NCBI GenBank assembly: GCA_965235115.1
Contig: OZ249444.1
Coordinates: 23,312,001-23,376,000, forward strand
Reading direction: 5' to 3'
DNA: 64,000 nt
Origin: Laetmonice hystrix
Taxonomy: Eukaryota
In this document: in pieces, positions 53,685 through 64,000 of the stretch
How positions within the stretch are numbered: the stretch's first letter is position 1
Layout of the letters: each line of letters starts with the position of its first letter
Program-made: the position numbers and the translations under genes
The notes under the pieces: model-generated
What the model was told of the DNA's origin: nothing
The model's input: the letters and a program-made list of their open reading frames with translations, nothing else
Database searches by the model: none

Positions 53685-53819
53685 TTTTTGTGGTATGGTT
53701 TTTGTCTAGTTGAGCTGAAGTTTTGTGGTATGGTTGTTTCTAGTTGAGCTGAAGTTTTGTGGTATGGTTGTTTCTAGTTGAGCTGAAGTTTTTGTGGTAT
53801 GGTTGTTTCTAGTTGAGAT
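53685..53819. repeat. 34-35-bp tandem repeat x4 spanning a splice acceptor
   Basis: Unit ttttgtggtatggttgtttctagttgagctgaag. The AG|TTGAG junction recurs at 53710, 53744, 53778 and 53813. Confidence 0.9.
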
Positions 53820-53959
53820 CCGACAGGACGATAACAGCGACACGTTTAGTGAAACCGGATCAGTGGCGAGTAGCGGATCAAACGACGACTCGAGTTCAGG
53901 ATCGTCTGGCCGACCGGCACCACCCACACTTCCTAAACCCGGCAAGCCAAGCCCAAGTC
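53813..53959 (+). CDS. Internal coding exon (VEIRQDDNSDTFSETGSVASSGSNDDSSSGSSGRPAPPTLPKPGKPSPS)
   Basis: Acceptor 'ttgtttctag' and donor 'gtc|gtgagt'; 147 nt, phase 1-1, compatible with 34928 and 58470. Repeats the PPTLPKP motif seen in the large exon. Confidence 0.8.
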
Positions 53960-54375
53960 GTGAGTACAACCAATACCCAGGGGCGGATCATGGGGGGCCT
54001 TGGGGTTCGACCGGCACCACCCACACTTCCTAAACCCAGCCAGCCAAGCCCAAGTCGTGAGTACAACCAATACCCAGGGGCGGATCATGGGGGGCCTTGG
54101 GGTTCGACCGGCACCACCCACACTTCCTAAACCCAGCAAGCCAAGCCCAAGTCGTGAGTACAACCAATACCCAGGGGCGGATCATGGGGGGCCTTGGGGT
54201 TCGACCGGCACCACCCACACTTCCTAAACCCAGCAAGCCAAGCCCAAGTCGTGAGTACAACCAATACCCAGGGGCGGATCATGGGGGGCCTTGGGGTTCG
54301 ACCGGCACCACCCACACTTCCTAAACCCAGCAAGCCAAGCCCAAGTCGTGAGTACAACCAATACCCAGGGGCGGA
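53911..54375. repeat. 97-bp tandem repeat x~5 spanning a splice donor
   Basis: Units at 53911, 54008, 54105, 54202 and 54299; gtgagt at 53960, 54057, 54154, 54251 and 54348. Confidence 0.97.
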
Positions 54376-54665
54376 CGTTGGGGAGCCTTAGGGTTCCCCC
54401 CCCCTTGGCAACCAAGTTTTCTTTTTTACCCCATATGACTTTCTGAATTAACCTTACTGACCCCCTCACTTAGCAAATTCTACCCTTGACCCTCTCCCCA
54501 CCCGCCAGGATTTTACACCGGGGGGGGGGGGTATTGAGTCATTTCCCCCAGAAAATTTGAATTTTTATTTTTAGCAAGTCACCTAAATCCTCTCCCCCCA
54601 CTTCTGGTCTTGATGTTGTCCCCCCCAAAGTGAGGTGTTCATGCCTGTGCCTCAGGTAGAATTAT

Positions 54666-55102
54666 TGTTGGAAAAATCTGTATTGTTTGCATGCTATGTT
54701 TCCAATGTTTTGTGAATTCCTGGATGACTGTTGGAAAGATCTGTATTGTTTGTATGCTATGTTTCCGATGTTTTGTGAATTCCTGGATGATTGCTGGAAA
54801 GATTTGTATGTTTGTATGCTATGTTTCCGATGTTTTGTGAATTCCTGGATGACTGTTGGAAAGATCTGTATGTTTGTATGCTATGTTTCCGATGTTTTGT
54901 GAATTCCTGGATGATTGTTGGAAAGATTTGTATGTTTGTATGCTATGTTTCCGATGTTTTGTGAATTCCTGGATGATTGTTGGAAAGATTTGTATGTTTG
55001 TATGCTATGTTTCCGATGTTGTGTGAATTCCTGGATGACTTTTGGAAAGATCTGTCTTGTTTGCATGCTATGTTCCCGATGTTTTGTGAATTCCTGGATG
55101 AC
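54666..55102. repeat. 62-63-bp tandem repeat x~7
   Basis: Unit tgtttgtatgctatgtttccgatgttttgtgaattcctggatgactgttggaaagatctgta. Confidence 0.95.
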
Positions 55103-57541
55103 TGAAGCGTTTGGTTGTGGTTTGTGTCGTTGCTAACATCTTCCACCATGCCGGGCCGACAGTAATCCGCTAGGTGGCGTGGCGGTGGTGTGACTGATGG
55201 TTGTCAGTGGTCGGTTGAAGTAGATACGGACAGACTGAACATACCGTACATATCCCGGATAGCATCAGTCTGCCGCCAGGCTGGCAAACTCTCTGTACAT
55301 GTACAAAATATCACCTGACGGTCAGTAAAGTCAGCTAGAGTAGGCTGGTTAGAACAGGCGATTTACAGTGGACTGATCTATTAAAGAAATTACACACGAT
55401 CCTGATTAGATTGATTATAGGGGCCAGTTAGCCTGGTACGAGGGGTAGGCCTACCTATGTATGAGAGTCGCCGACTCTGCATATGGTGTAGGGCCTAGGC
55501 TGGACAGGATTCAGGTGAACGTTTCAGGTCTGTAAATAGGCTATGGAATTGGAACCAAATGTAAATATATTTAGGCCTAGATCTCTCCACCAGGATCAGC
55601 CCGACTTCTCCTTATGAGCGTCCGCGCTCAGTCGGAACGTATATAGATTACGAACGGTTACCTAGGTCTCAGTGTGCATATAGCCAAGGTGACAAATAAT
55701 TTAATATAGTTAACTAGAGCTTTGTGAAATGTCCTCTTAAGTCACAGATCGGCTGAAGAATTAGATGACCTGGGTACCGATAGCGATCTCGGTTCTCAGA
55801 GTGTCGGCAGTTGCCACTAGGTGGCGGTAGTGTAGGCGGTCTGTCACACGACGTGATGAACAGACAGAAGCAGGAAGGTTTCCTAGCTAGCTGTCACAGA
55901 TTAGGAGTGTTTTTTTGTAGTTAGGTTGATTTCTAATGTTATTATGCTGCTCCACGGTTTAGAATACTGGTTTCCATGATAACCATACAGTAGTTCTATT
56001 GGCCAAGATACGTGTAAAGGCCGATTCTCATCTAGGCCTACATAGCGCAAACAATGCCCCCTTGAAACCATTATAGGCAATCAGGTCTAACATAAAGTAT
56101 ACAATGGAGTATTATGTCTTGTAACTATTATAAATGGATTAGGAATAATCTGATATCGATACGGTCGTAGTGTTACCTGTTGTCTTGGCGAGGAGGTTGG
56201 AAACATGAAGCGTGTATTGTGGGGTACACGCCCACCTGTTGTCGCTAGGTGGCCATCCCTCGATATACAAATCCCATCCCTGATGGAGAGAGGATGGTTT
56301 TATTGGGAACACACCTGTTATTTACCTCAGAGATAGACGAGTATTTCACTGTACGGAGCCAGTAGTACCTAGCCTACCTGCCTGTCCAGCCCCACCTATG
56401 AGGGGCCTACAGGATAGAGCACAGTCCACAGCAGACGCTGAGGGTCAGACGTTCGGTCCATACAGGATACGTTTCTAACGACCCGTTTAATTCAACTGAG
56501 GTTTTAAAAACAGGATTAAGTGAGAAAAAACATCACTCAACAAGGCAGTTAGAGTGCTTGACACTAGTAGCATAATTTTGATAGAGGTGAACCAAGGGGC
56601 AAGGAGACAAAAAATGCCACTCCTGGTTTTATGTTTCTGTCTTCGTATTGCCAGAATACAGGCCACTCCCCAATCCAATGTCTTGTCAATGAGTACAGTC
56701 GTGTATACATAGGGGTCTGTGATCAAACGGTTGTCAAGGACAACAGTGTTTAACAGTGATTCTCTGACCAGATATGGCGTACTGAGCTACTGATACGTTA
56801 TAGATTTCTAACATCGGTTTGAGGATCTAGGGATTGAAATTTGCGGGGCAGAAGAGGAGGAGATGGCTTATTGAAGTATATTAATATTTGAATTCTAGTG
56901 TCAACATGAGGTAGGGCCTACATTATAATTTCAGTAGTGCCAAACCATGATATTGTATCTCTTTCTGCCCGCATACATTTGAGAGAAGTTGACACTAAAG
57001 TTGTCCTTGGACTTTGAGAAACGCGTGAAATCGACCCGTTGATGTGGCGAGTTGTTAGGTGATCGCACGGCCACATGGGTGGGTGGAGGTTAGCGTCTCT
57101 CTCACCTGTAGACGTACAACTGGTGTTATACTGGTCCGCTAATAACGGTCGTGTCAAGTTTGGCTTGGATGAATAGACAGGTAACCGACATGGGATGGTA
57201 ACAAACTGATAGGTGTACGGGTACGAGGGTTACGGGTGAGAGTGTGAACGCTGCACACACCTGGCCAGGGTGTGTGTATCACAGGTTAGCAGTAATCGTA
57301 CCAGTCACCACCACCAGGTGGCCACAGAACGGTGCCAACCTTCAGGTGGATTGTTAGAATAACGACAGGTAATTCTGTTGTTTTTAGTTCAGCCTATTGT
57401 TGTGTGAGGTTGGGTTGGAGTGGTCGAGGTGGCATGTATTTCCTCCATGACATAATGACTGCATTCACAGCAGTTATTTGATTTCTCAATTCTCACGAAC
57501 TCATTATGATAACTTAGTGGATGTAGGTAGGGCAGGCTGTG

Positions 57542-57616
57542 ATTGGACGATTGGACAGGGAGGGGCTCGACCCCCCGTCCGCCCCCGCCCCCCGGCACCG
57601 ACAGTCATATTTAAAA
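57542..57616 (+). promoter_or_regulatory. Candidate internal promoter (2x inverted CCAAT, GC boxes, TATA-like)
   Basis: ATTGG at 57542 and 57550, CCGCCC twice at ~57579-57590, and TATTTAAAA at 57608, in canonical order. Confidence 0.55.
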
Positions 57617-57762
57617 GTGGGCGAGTCTTGCCATTTGTAAAAGCACAACACCCAGCTCCTCCAGTCGACTGTAGCCACAGCAGGACCGTGTCAAACTGAG
57701 AGTGTCGGAGATATAGTGGGTGTTTGACTCGGTATAGGAAGAGTTTGGGGGACAGTGTAGTC

Positions 57763-57772
57763 ATGGACTCAG
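57763..57772 (+). CDS. Candidate alternative first coding exon (MDS+G)
   Basis: gtcATGGACTCAG|gtaggt: strong Kozak context, no upstream ATG after the TATA-like box, phase-1 donor compatible with acceptor 58470. Confidence 0.5.
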
Positions 57773-58469
57773 GTAGGTTGCACTCCCAGAGCCACCACCA
57801 TTATTGTTAGGGTGTGGTTCCACACCAGTATTTAATACAGAGATAGGTTTACTGATGGAAACGGCCCTGTTCTGATGGAGTTTGTAGACTAATGCTGGTT
57901 CGGAACTCGACCACGAATTGTGATACTGGAAGAGACTTTGGGCTGGTAATGCCGGGGATGAATCAATACTTTCGGACGTCTCACTTTTTGTTAGAAAAAG
58001 AAATTCAGTGCAGAGTATTTACAGATTCACGCAATGAAACGTGAATTAATATGTTAGATCCATAAAAGTGGGAAAATGTATCATAATAATGATTGTTAAT
58101 GTATGCGGTGTAAGAATACTCAAGCCATAAGGCCATGAAATCCGTATATCTATAATTAATAATGTAGCGGGCCGTTCATAGATGTGATAGACTTGATGAG
58201 GCTAAAGGTTTTTAAGGAAATACATTTGGCACTTTGAACATTTGTTTCTTGGGTATACATACAAACTTATAATGCCTTAAGATGTTCCATTACAAAGGAA
58301 CAAACACAGTGTATATGATCGCCACCAGAGGGCGGATTTATCTGAAAGTGCAGACCCAGGAAAAGAAAGGGAAATTCTAGAAAATCAATTCATAACCCAA
58401 CACGGATATTACAAATTGATAGTAGATGAGAACAGTGTTAATCTTGGCAAATTTTATCTTTCTATGAAG

Positions 58470-59156
58470 TTGTGAGGGCAAAGTTACTGGGCAAGCTGAA
58501 GCGAGAATCGTACGAACAACAGGTATCGGTGGACAAGGATGTGAGCGGAGATACGGCGGCGGCGGTGGCCGGGGAGGTCCAGGGTGAGGGTAGGGGGGAG
58601 GGCGGGGGTGATGAGGGTAGGGAGAAAGTCGGAGGTCGTCAGGGTACGGAGGAGGTCGGGGATGATGAGGGTAGGGGGAAGGTCGGAGGTCGTCAGGGTA
58701 CGGAGGAGGTCGGGGATGATGAGGGTAGGGGGAAGGTCGGGGGTGATGAGGGTCGTGGGGAGGTCAGGGGTGTTGAGGGTAGTGGGGAGGTCAGAGGTGA
58801 TGAGGGTCGTGGGGAGGTCAGAGGTTATGAGGGTCGTGGGGAGGTCGGTGGTGATGAGGGTAGCGAGGTCAGGGGTGATGAGGGTAGCGAGGAGGTCGGG
58901 GAGGATGAGGGTCGTGGAGAGGTCAGAGGTGATGGGGGTAGCGAGGAGGTCGGGGATGATGAGGGTCGTGGAGAGGTCAGAGGTGATGAGGGTAGCGAGG
59001 AGGTCGGGGATGATGAGGGTAGCGAGTCTGTCAGGGGTGATGAGGGTAGCGAGTCTGTCAGGGGTGATGAGGGTAGCGAGGAGGTCGGGGATGATGAGGG
59101 TAGGGGGAAGGAGGACGTGGAGGACGAAGTGTTTGAAGGAGATGATGAAGGTTGGG
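58470..59156 (+). CDS. Gly/Asp/Glu/Arg-rich repetitive coding exon (VRAKLLGKLKRES...(EVGDDEGRG)n...DDEGW)
   Basis: Acceptor 'tttatctttctatgaag' and donor 'tggg|gtaagt'; 687 nt, phase 1-1, open throughout (ORF 58472-59170). Confidence 0.7.
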
Positions 59157-59821
59157 GTAAGTGTCGGTGAGAGTATGATCGTTGTATGTCGTCGTCGTTG
59201 CTGTATATATCGGGTGAAGTGAGCCGTTATTGGTGTGGCTATAGCAATGTTATCCTCATCCCTGCCCATTGTATAGGCGTAGTGGGTGTGGCCACCAACC
59301 CCAACCCCAAAATTACCCCAAACTCTGGTCAGAAGGAAGACAATGATTGGCGTGTATGTAAGGAGTGCGACCAACCTCCACTCCCTGCCACTCCCGCCCC
59401 TGGAGGTTGTGTCTGAGAACTTGTCGATCCTGAATCTATCTGCCGACATTATAGGCTGATTGTGGAGAATGCCGGGTGATCTGATTGTCTCTGTTGTCTC
59501 CCAGTGTCCTGTATGCACAACCTGTACCACGTATACCACATGTATAATCAAACTGTATGCATATAGATGTTTTGGTTGGTGTGGATTAAACCACCACACA
59601 GACTGAAACTAACATCTTTATACAATAATACAACTACAGTAACTGTGAAATGCTAGTTGAATTCGACTCTTTACTTTATTGTAGCTTTCGCGGATATCTT
59701 TTGTGGTAGGAATTATGTTCTATTAAGAAAGATGGAGATAAGGATATATGTTATGACGTTCTGTGTATATATTGTGAATGGATTAAAATGTTTGTAATAT
59801 GAGCGATGTTTGCTGCTTCAG

Positions 59822-59887
59822 ATACAAGCACAATGCCATCTAGTGGACCTCAGGGAAACCACTCGACACCAACTAGCGACGAAATTG
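59822..59887 (+). CDS. Internal coding exon (DTSTMPSSGPQGNHSTPTSDEI)
   Basis: Acceptor 'tttgctgcttcag' and donor 'attg|gtaagt'; 66 nt, phase 1-1. Confidence 0.75.
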
Positions 59888-60994
59888 GTAAGTGACCAGG
59901 TTATATATAAAATTATCTTTCTTTTATTAAGTTTAGTTTCATTTAGTTGTAAAAGAATCAGATAAGTCACGTTTTAAGCATTCACAGCCAGACTGAAGCG
60001 GAAGTTCCCAGCACTGCCGCTGTGTTTCCGCCAGGAGAGATTAGTTCGCATGTTGATCGCCAGGTGTCGAACATCGATCAGTACCTGTGAGGTCCACGAG
60101 GGGGCAGGAGAGTAGGTGTGGTCTGTACTTGATTTCTGGACGCATGTTTTCCGTGGTAAAATACAGTAAACTCGTTGAAAGAGTTAAACACAACCCCTGA
60201 TATTCTGTAAGGGTTTAACCCACTGACCCTTGAAGAGTTGCAGCAACTCTTTAGCAGGTCTTTAAGAGTTAAATGCGAGTCTGCTCTTTGAAAGAGTAGA
60301 TTTACAACTCTTTAGTTTTTAGAGTGTACAGGCGCATGTGGGTGCATGCGCCTGTATGTGAGATAGTTTCTAATTTCCTGCATTAAATCTACTATTCAGA
60401 TATAGGCGCACCCACGTACGTGATTATATTGTGCAGTTGTGTTACCGTAGGCCTGAGAACATGAATGGACGTAGCCTGGGCCCATGTTTTTCACTTAAAG
60501 GACTGTCGGTGGTAGTATTGCACTCTACCATTAGAGGTGTGCATGTGCGCCTATAATGTAAATACTGTGAATATTAGGGTGCACATGCACCTATATCTGA
60601 CGATTTTTGATTTGATTTGATTTGATTATGAAATTTTTGAAATTTCCTTTAAAAAACCTGCAAATGTCCGCTTATAGGCGCACGTCCCTATAAGTGCGTC
60701 AATACGGTATCAGTTTTACTGGTGGACGGGAACTAGAGAACCTAAAACTCTGGCACTATGTTTGCCATGACGGGATTATAGACAGAAGGTAGTTATCAAA
60801 CCCCCTATATAGGAGAATTGGCAGGTAATGGTTGAATCAGTCCAAGGACTGGTGATATCGACTTTATGTTGAGTGAAGACAGGTGGTAGTACGGGTCAGA
60901 CCATGTCCCGGATGGCGGACAGCCGACCATGGTCTCATGTTGCGTCACAATCTGTTGTTGGTGCTGCCCCCTGCTGACCTTCCTAATATCACAG

Positions 60995-61080
60995 CCGGCA
61001 GCCAAGTCAGTACACGGTCAAAGTTGGTGACCTTCGAAAACCATGGAGTCAGTTCGACAGACAGGATACACATTGATTAA
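60995..61080 (+). CDS. Possible alternative terminal exon (AGSQVSTRSKLVTFENHGVSSTDRIHID*)
   Basis: Acceptor 'ccttcctaatatcacag', phase 1, open to TAA at 61078. No clean polyA signal found, and the pyrimidine tract overlaps a CTCF-like motif. Confidence 0.35.
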
Positions 61081-62323
61081 AAGGGCAAATACCAGGAGTT
61101 CTACTTGACAAGTGATGGCCTTTACTTAATTAATGTACCTCGTGTTGCAACCTGACATTGATTTGTGGACAAAGCATCAAACTGCGGTATCTCGTTTTTT
61201 CGGCTATCGTAAATTAGATTGAGAAATATAGCGGAATTGTCATGGTGACAAGTCAATGGTTGGCACTGAGACAAGACAAGATGGCCGTGTAGGGATTGCT
61301 TCTAGTAGGTATAGGACTGGTGTCATCCATTCTCTCCGAAAACAATGTTACTCGAGTCTAGCCTCCCAACGTATAACACAGACCAAGCAAGCTGTGGCAT
61401 CCTGGCCTCGTCCGAGATTCCAGGGAAAAACTTTAAAAAGGCCGACCAGTATTAGCTAGCAGTTTTATTCTGATACATTGTTTAAACTAATTATTTATTA
61501 TGTGTACAAAGACGTTAGAAAAGACCCATCCTTTCATGCCGGGTTGCTAAATCATGAAGAACTTTATAGTGAGGTTTTCACATTGAGCGTCAAGAGCAAA
61601 TCATGCCATGATCAAATGATGATCAGGAACTTAATGCACCCTTTCCCTGGAAGAAATTTGTGGCTGGATGAAGGAATTGTTGAGGGGTAGAACCCACCAA
61701 GCGGGGTTCTAGGTTGCCCCCCCCCCCCCCAAAAAAAAATAAAAAAAAAAGATAGGTGAAAAAAGGTATCCAGTTCTGTGTGGCTTGCACTAGTCTGTGA
61801 GGCGGGCAGGTAATCCCAAGGTGTAGCTCGGTGTAGTTGTGACTGTATACCTCTGAATGGCTGGGTAGATCTATACACCATTTATACACGAATCGGTGTA
61901 TAAGTGTAAAGGATGTGTCAAACCGTTACCATTCTAGGCTGACAATCTACGCAGTGAGAATAACTACCTATACTTGTGGTACGGAGGATACGGTCGAGAG
62001 TGGCAGCAGACCGCCGCCACAGCAGTGCCACTTAGCCACACTGACACAAGAGAATTGAACGAAGACAATAAAAAACACACACATTGCCACATGTTCAGAT
62101 TGACTTCAGTTTGTCGCCGATTGGTTGCATCTGCAGCCCCATGATGAACACCTCCCTGACGAGGCACATGGTGGGTCTTCGGTACGCCAGGAGTCTGAAG
62201 AATTGGCCAGCGGAAAAAAAATCCGAAAATCTTTGGTTAGGTCACCATGCTGTGTTCTACATGGGAGTCGACCGTGGTTTCCACGTGCTCCTTGATTTAT
62301 GTGACGGACACCAGCTGTCTTGA

Positions 62324-62437
62324 CCAATGACAACCACGGCAGCTGTCACATGACCCAAGTGATGCCGTGACGTGAGAGCCAATGAAAAGGCCCGCCATCG
62401 ACTTGCCGGTGGTTTAAGGCTGATGGTGCATATTAAA
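62324..62437 (+). promoter_or_regulatory. Candidate internal promoter (2x CCAAT, E-box, CRE-like, TATA-like)
   Basis: CCAAT at 62324 and 62379, GTCACATGAC at 62345, TGACGT at 62368, and CATATTAAA at 62429, ~90 nt before ATG 62521. Confidence 0.5.
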
Positions 62438-62520
62438 CCTTCCCTTTAGCTCACTGTGGAGCACATATCATAGACTAGCTCTCTCGTCCTCCCATACACA
62501 GCACCTTACCACCCACGACC

Positions 62521-62785
62521 ATGTCAGAATCCGAGTTTGAGACTCACAGTGTATCGGAGGAGAATGGTAGTGCCCACTCTGAGGAGAAGGTGGACACCCC
62601 GGAGAAGTTGGACCCGTGCCCACAGAGCAATGGTCACGGCGAACCGGAGGATTGTGTGGTAGAGACAGAGAGTACGGGATCACTGGAGGATACCATGGCC
62701 AAACTGGAGCACGCTCTCAAGAAGAACTTTGAACGGTTTGAGGAACACCACGACATGTGTGAAAACGGACGGGAGGAACTCAAAG
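62521..62785 (+). CDS. ATG-initiated acidic exon (MSESEFETHS...GREELK): alternative first exon of the same gene or start of a next gene
   Basis: accATG Kozak context, Glu-rich protein-like sequence, and phase-1 donor 'aaag|gtagat' compatible with acceptor 63361. Confidence 0.75.
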
Positions 62786-63360
62786 GTAGATTGGTGAAAT
62801 TGTATCCCCCTCCCTACCAGAACGAGTCAGACCGTCGTTCACACAGGGCCCCGCCCTATTCAGGCGTGTCGCTAATGATTGCGAAGACATTATGGAGATA
62901 GCCTACAATCAGGCCACGCTGTTCTTGCAGTAGTAGTCGGGCCTGCCTTGGCAATATGAATTAAAGTGAGACATCCTCTTAACATGTAAGATATTATCAT
63001 CAGGTAGGGACAGCAAGTGGGGCGCATGCCCCAGAGGGGACAGGGGAACGCCGGTCTCCATAGCAGGCGAACAGAAAGATTCCGGGCGAGCTCAAAGACT
63101 ATAAGATCATGGACGAGAACTGAGGATCCAGGTCCTGATTCGTTAAGGACGGCAGTTTGTCCAAAGGTCAACAGATCCAAAACAAGTTTTACGGAACTTA
63201 AACTAGTGATATTGTGACGAAATGTGAATTCACTTGTAAGCTATACAAGGCGATACTGAGAACAAGACATAACTCTTGATGAACCTTGCAAAGCTTGATG
63301 TTGTTTCTCTATTGCGGTATAGAGTATCCTGAATCAAATTATGTTCTCCTTCCTTTCCAG

Positions 63361-63464
63361 ATGTGACACAACTTGAAGGGTACCAGCAAATTCCCGAGGA
63401 GTGCCCAGCATGGAAGAGTGCGATGATTGACAGAAAAAATAAGCAGTTGGTGGAGGCATACATG
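63361..63464 (+). CDS. Internal coding exon (DVTQLEGYQQIPEECPAWKSAMIDRKNKQLVEAYM), espin/forked actin-bundling-module-like
   Basis: Very strong acceptor 'gttctccttcctttccag' and donor 'atg|gtaagg'; 104 nt, phase 1-0. The P-x-W-K...RK motif recalls the espin IPEWKRQVMVRK motif. The gene continues beyond the window. Confidence 0.85.
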
Positions 63465-64000
63465 GTAAGGACCAATATTTGATGAAAATTGCCAGTGCTC
63501 GACAGAGTCTGGTGGGGTTAGCAAATTAGACGTAGAGCCATTCTTTGTGACATTTGAAAGTGAAACGCAACGTTCAGAAACGACGAACAGTGATTTCTAT
63601 TTCGATCAGATAGTTTGGGGCTCATTTTCCGCCGAGTAGTAGCGTGCCGGTGCATTACATCATGACCATCAGGAACCTGAGACAATGTGTGACAATTGGC
63701 TGTTGGCTATACCGACAGGCTGGTTACCATGGTTGACGACTTGTCACAACTGGCTTGATGACATTCCTGAAGTAATTATATGTGACGGGTTGACATGGTA
63801 ACAGCACATGTAACAGGTCGTGTCGACCAGTGAAGATGTATACACCCTCAGATCGTGTATGTATCCGTGTATACGGCTAGACAGCTGACCTAAAGTTCAA
63901 CTGGACTTACTATAGGCCTATATAGGCCTACAAGACAAGACCAGGTACTAGTATTCATTTCGCAAAACGCACTACAGATCCGACTTACACCTGTCAAGAT

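Larger units (their letters stand above)
55167..60977. promoter_or_regulatory. Cluster of CTCF-consensus motifs
   Basis: CCGCTAGGTGGCG 55167(+), CCACTAGGTGGCG 55814(+), CGCTAGGTGGCC 56243(+), CCACCAGGTGGCC 57311(+), CCACCAGAGGGCG 58322(+), CCACTAGATGGCA 59834(-), TCAGCAGGGGGCAGCA 60962(-). Motif match only. Confidence 0.5.

Noticed and set aside
58484-59599. 371-aa antisense ORF and 212-aa alternate-frame ORF
   Set aside because: Shadows of the repetitive G-rich coding exon; only the acidic frame has phase-compatible splice sites.
60170-60710. DNA transposon termini (ttttagagtgta; ...caatacggta) with internal gcgcac/aggcgc repeats
   Set aside because: Probably repeat fragments, but I could not pair TIRs or find TSDs.

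Overview
Eukaryotic (animal, probably marine invertebrate) genomic DNA with long GT-AG introns and no prokaryotic features. Most of the window appears to be one + strand, multi-exon gene for a proline-rich actin-cytoskeleton protein. Phase-compatible exons: 25408-25509, 33833-34928, 53813-53959, 58470-59156, 59822-59887 and 63361-63464. They encode FPPPP/poly-Pro tracts, a WH2/G-actin-binding-like LAAQLQGVQLR motif, a Gly/Asp/Glu repeat exon and a PAWKSAMIDRK motif resembling the espin/forked actin-bundling module. The gene continues past the right edge. Four candidate ATG-bearing alternative first exons (15825, 31192, 57763, 62521) suggest several internal promoters. At 12486-15316 lies a 2.8 kb LTR retroelement on the - strand with apparently identical 318-bp LTRs, a 4-bp TSD, PBS and PPT. 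Its single 449-aa ORF starts with Gag-type zinc knuckles but has no recognisable capsid, protease, RT or integrase. About 15% of the window is young tandem arrays (17-107 bp units), two of which straddle the splice sites of one exon. There are also several MITEs and a cluster of CTCF-consensus motifs at 55-61 kb. All calls were made by eye; no database search was run.
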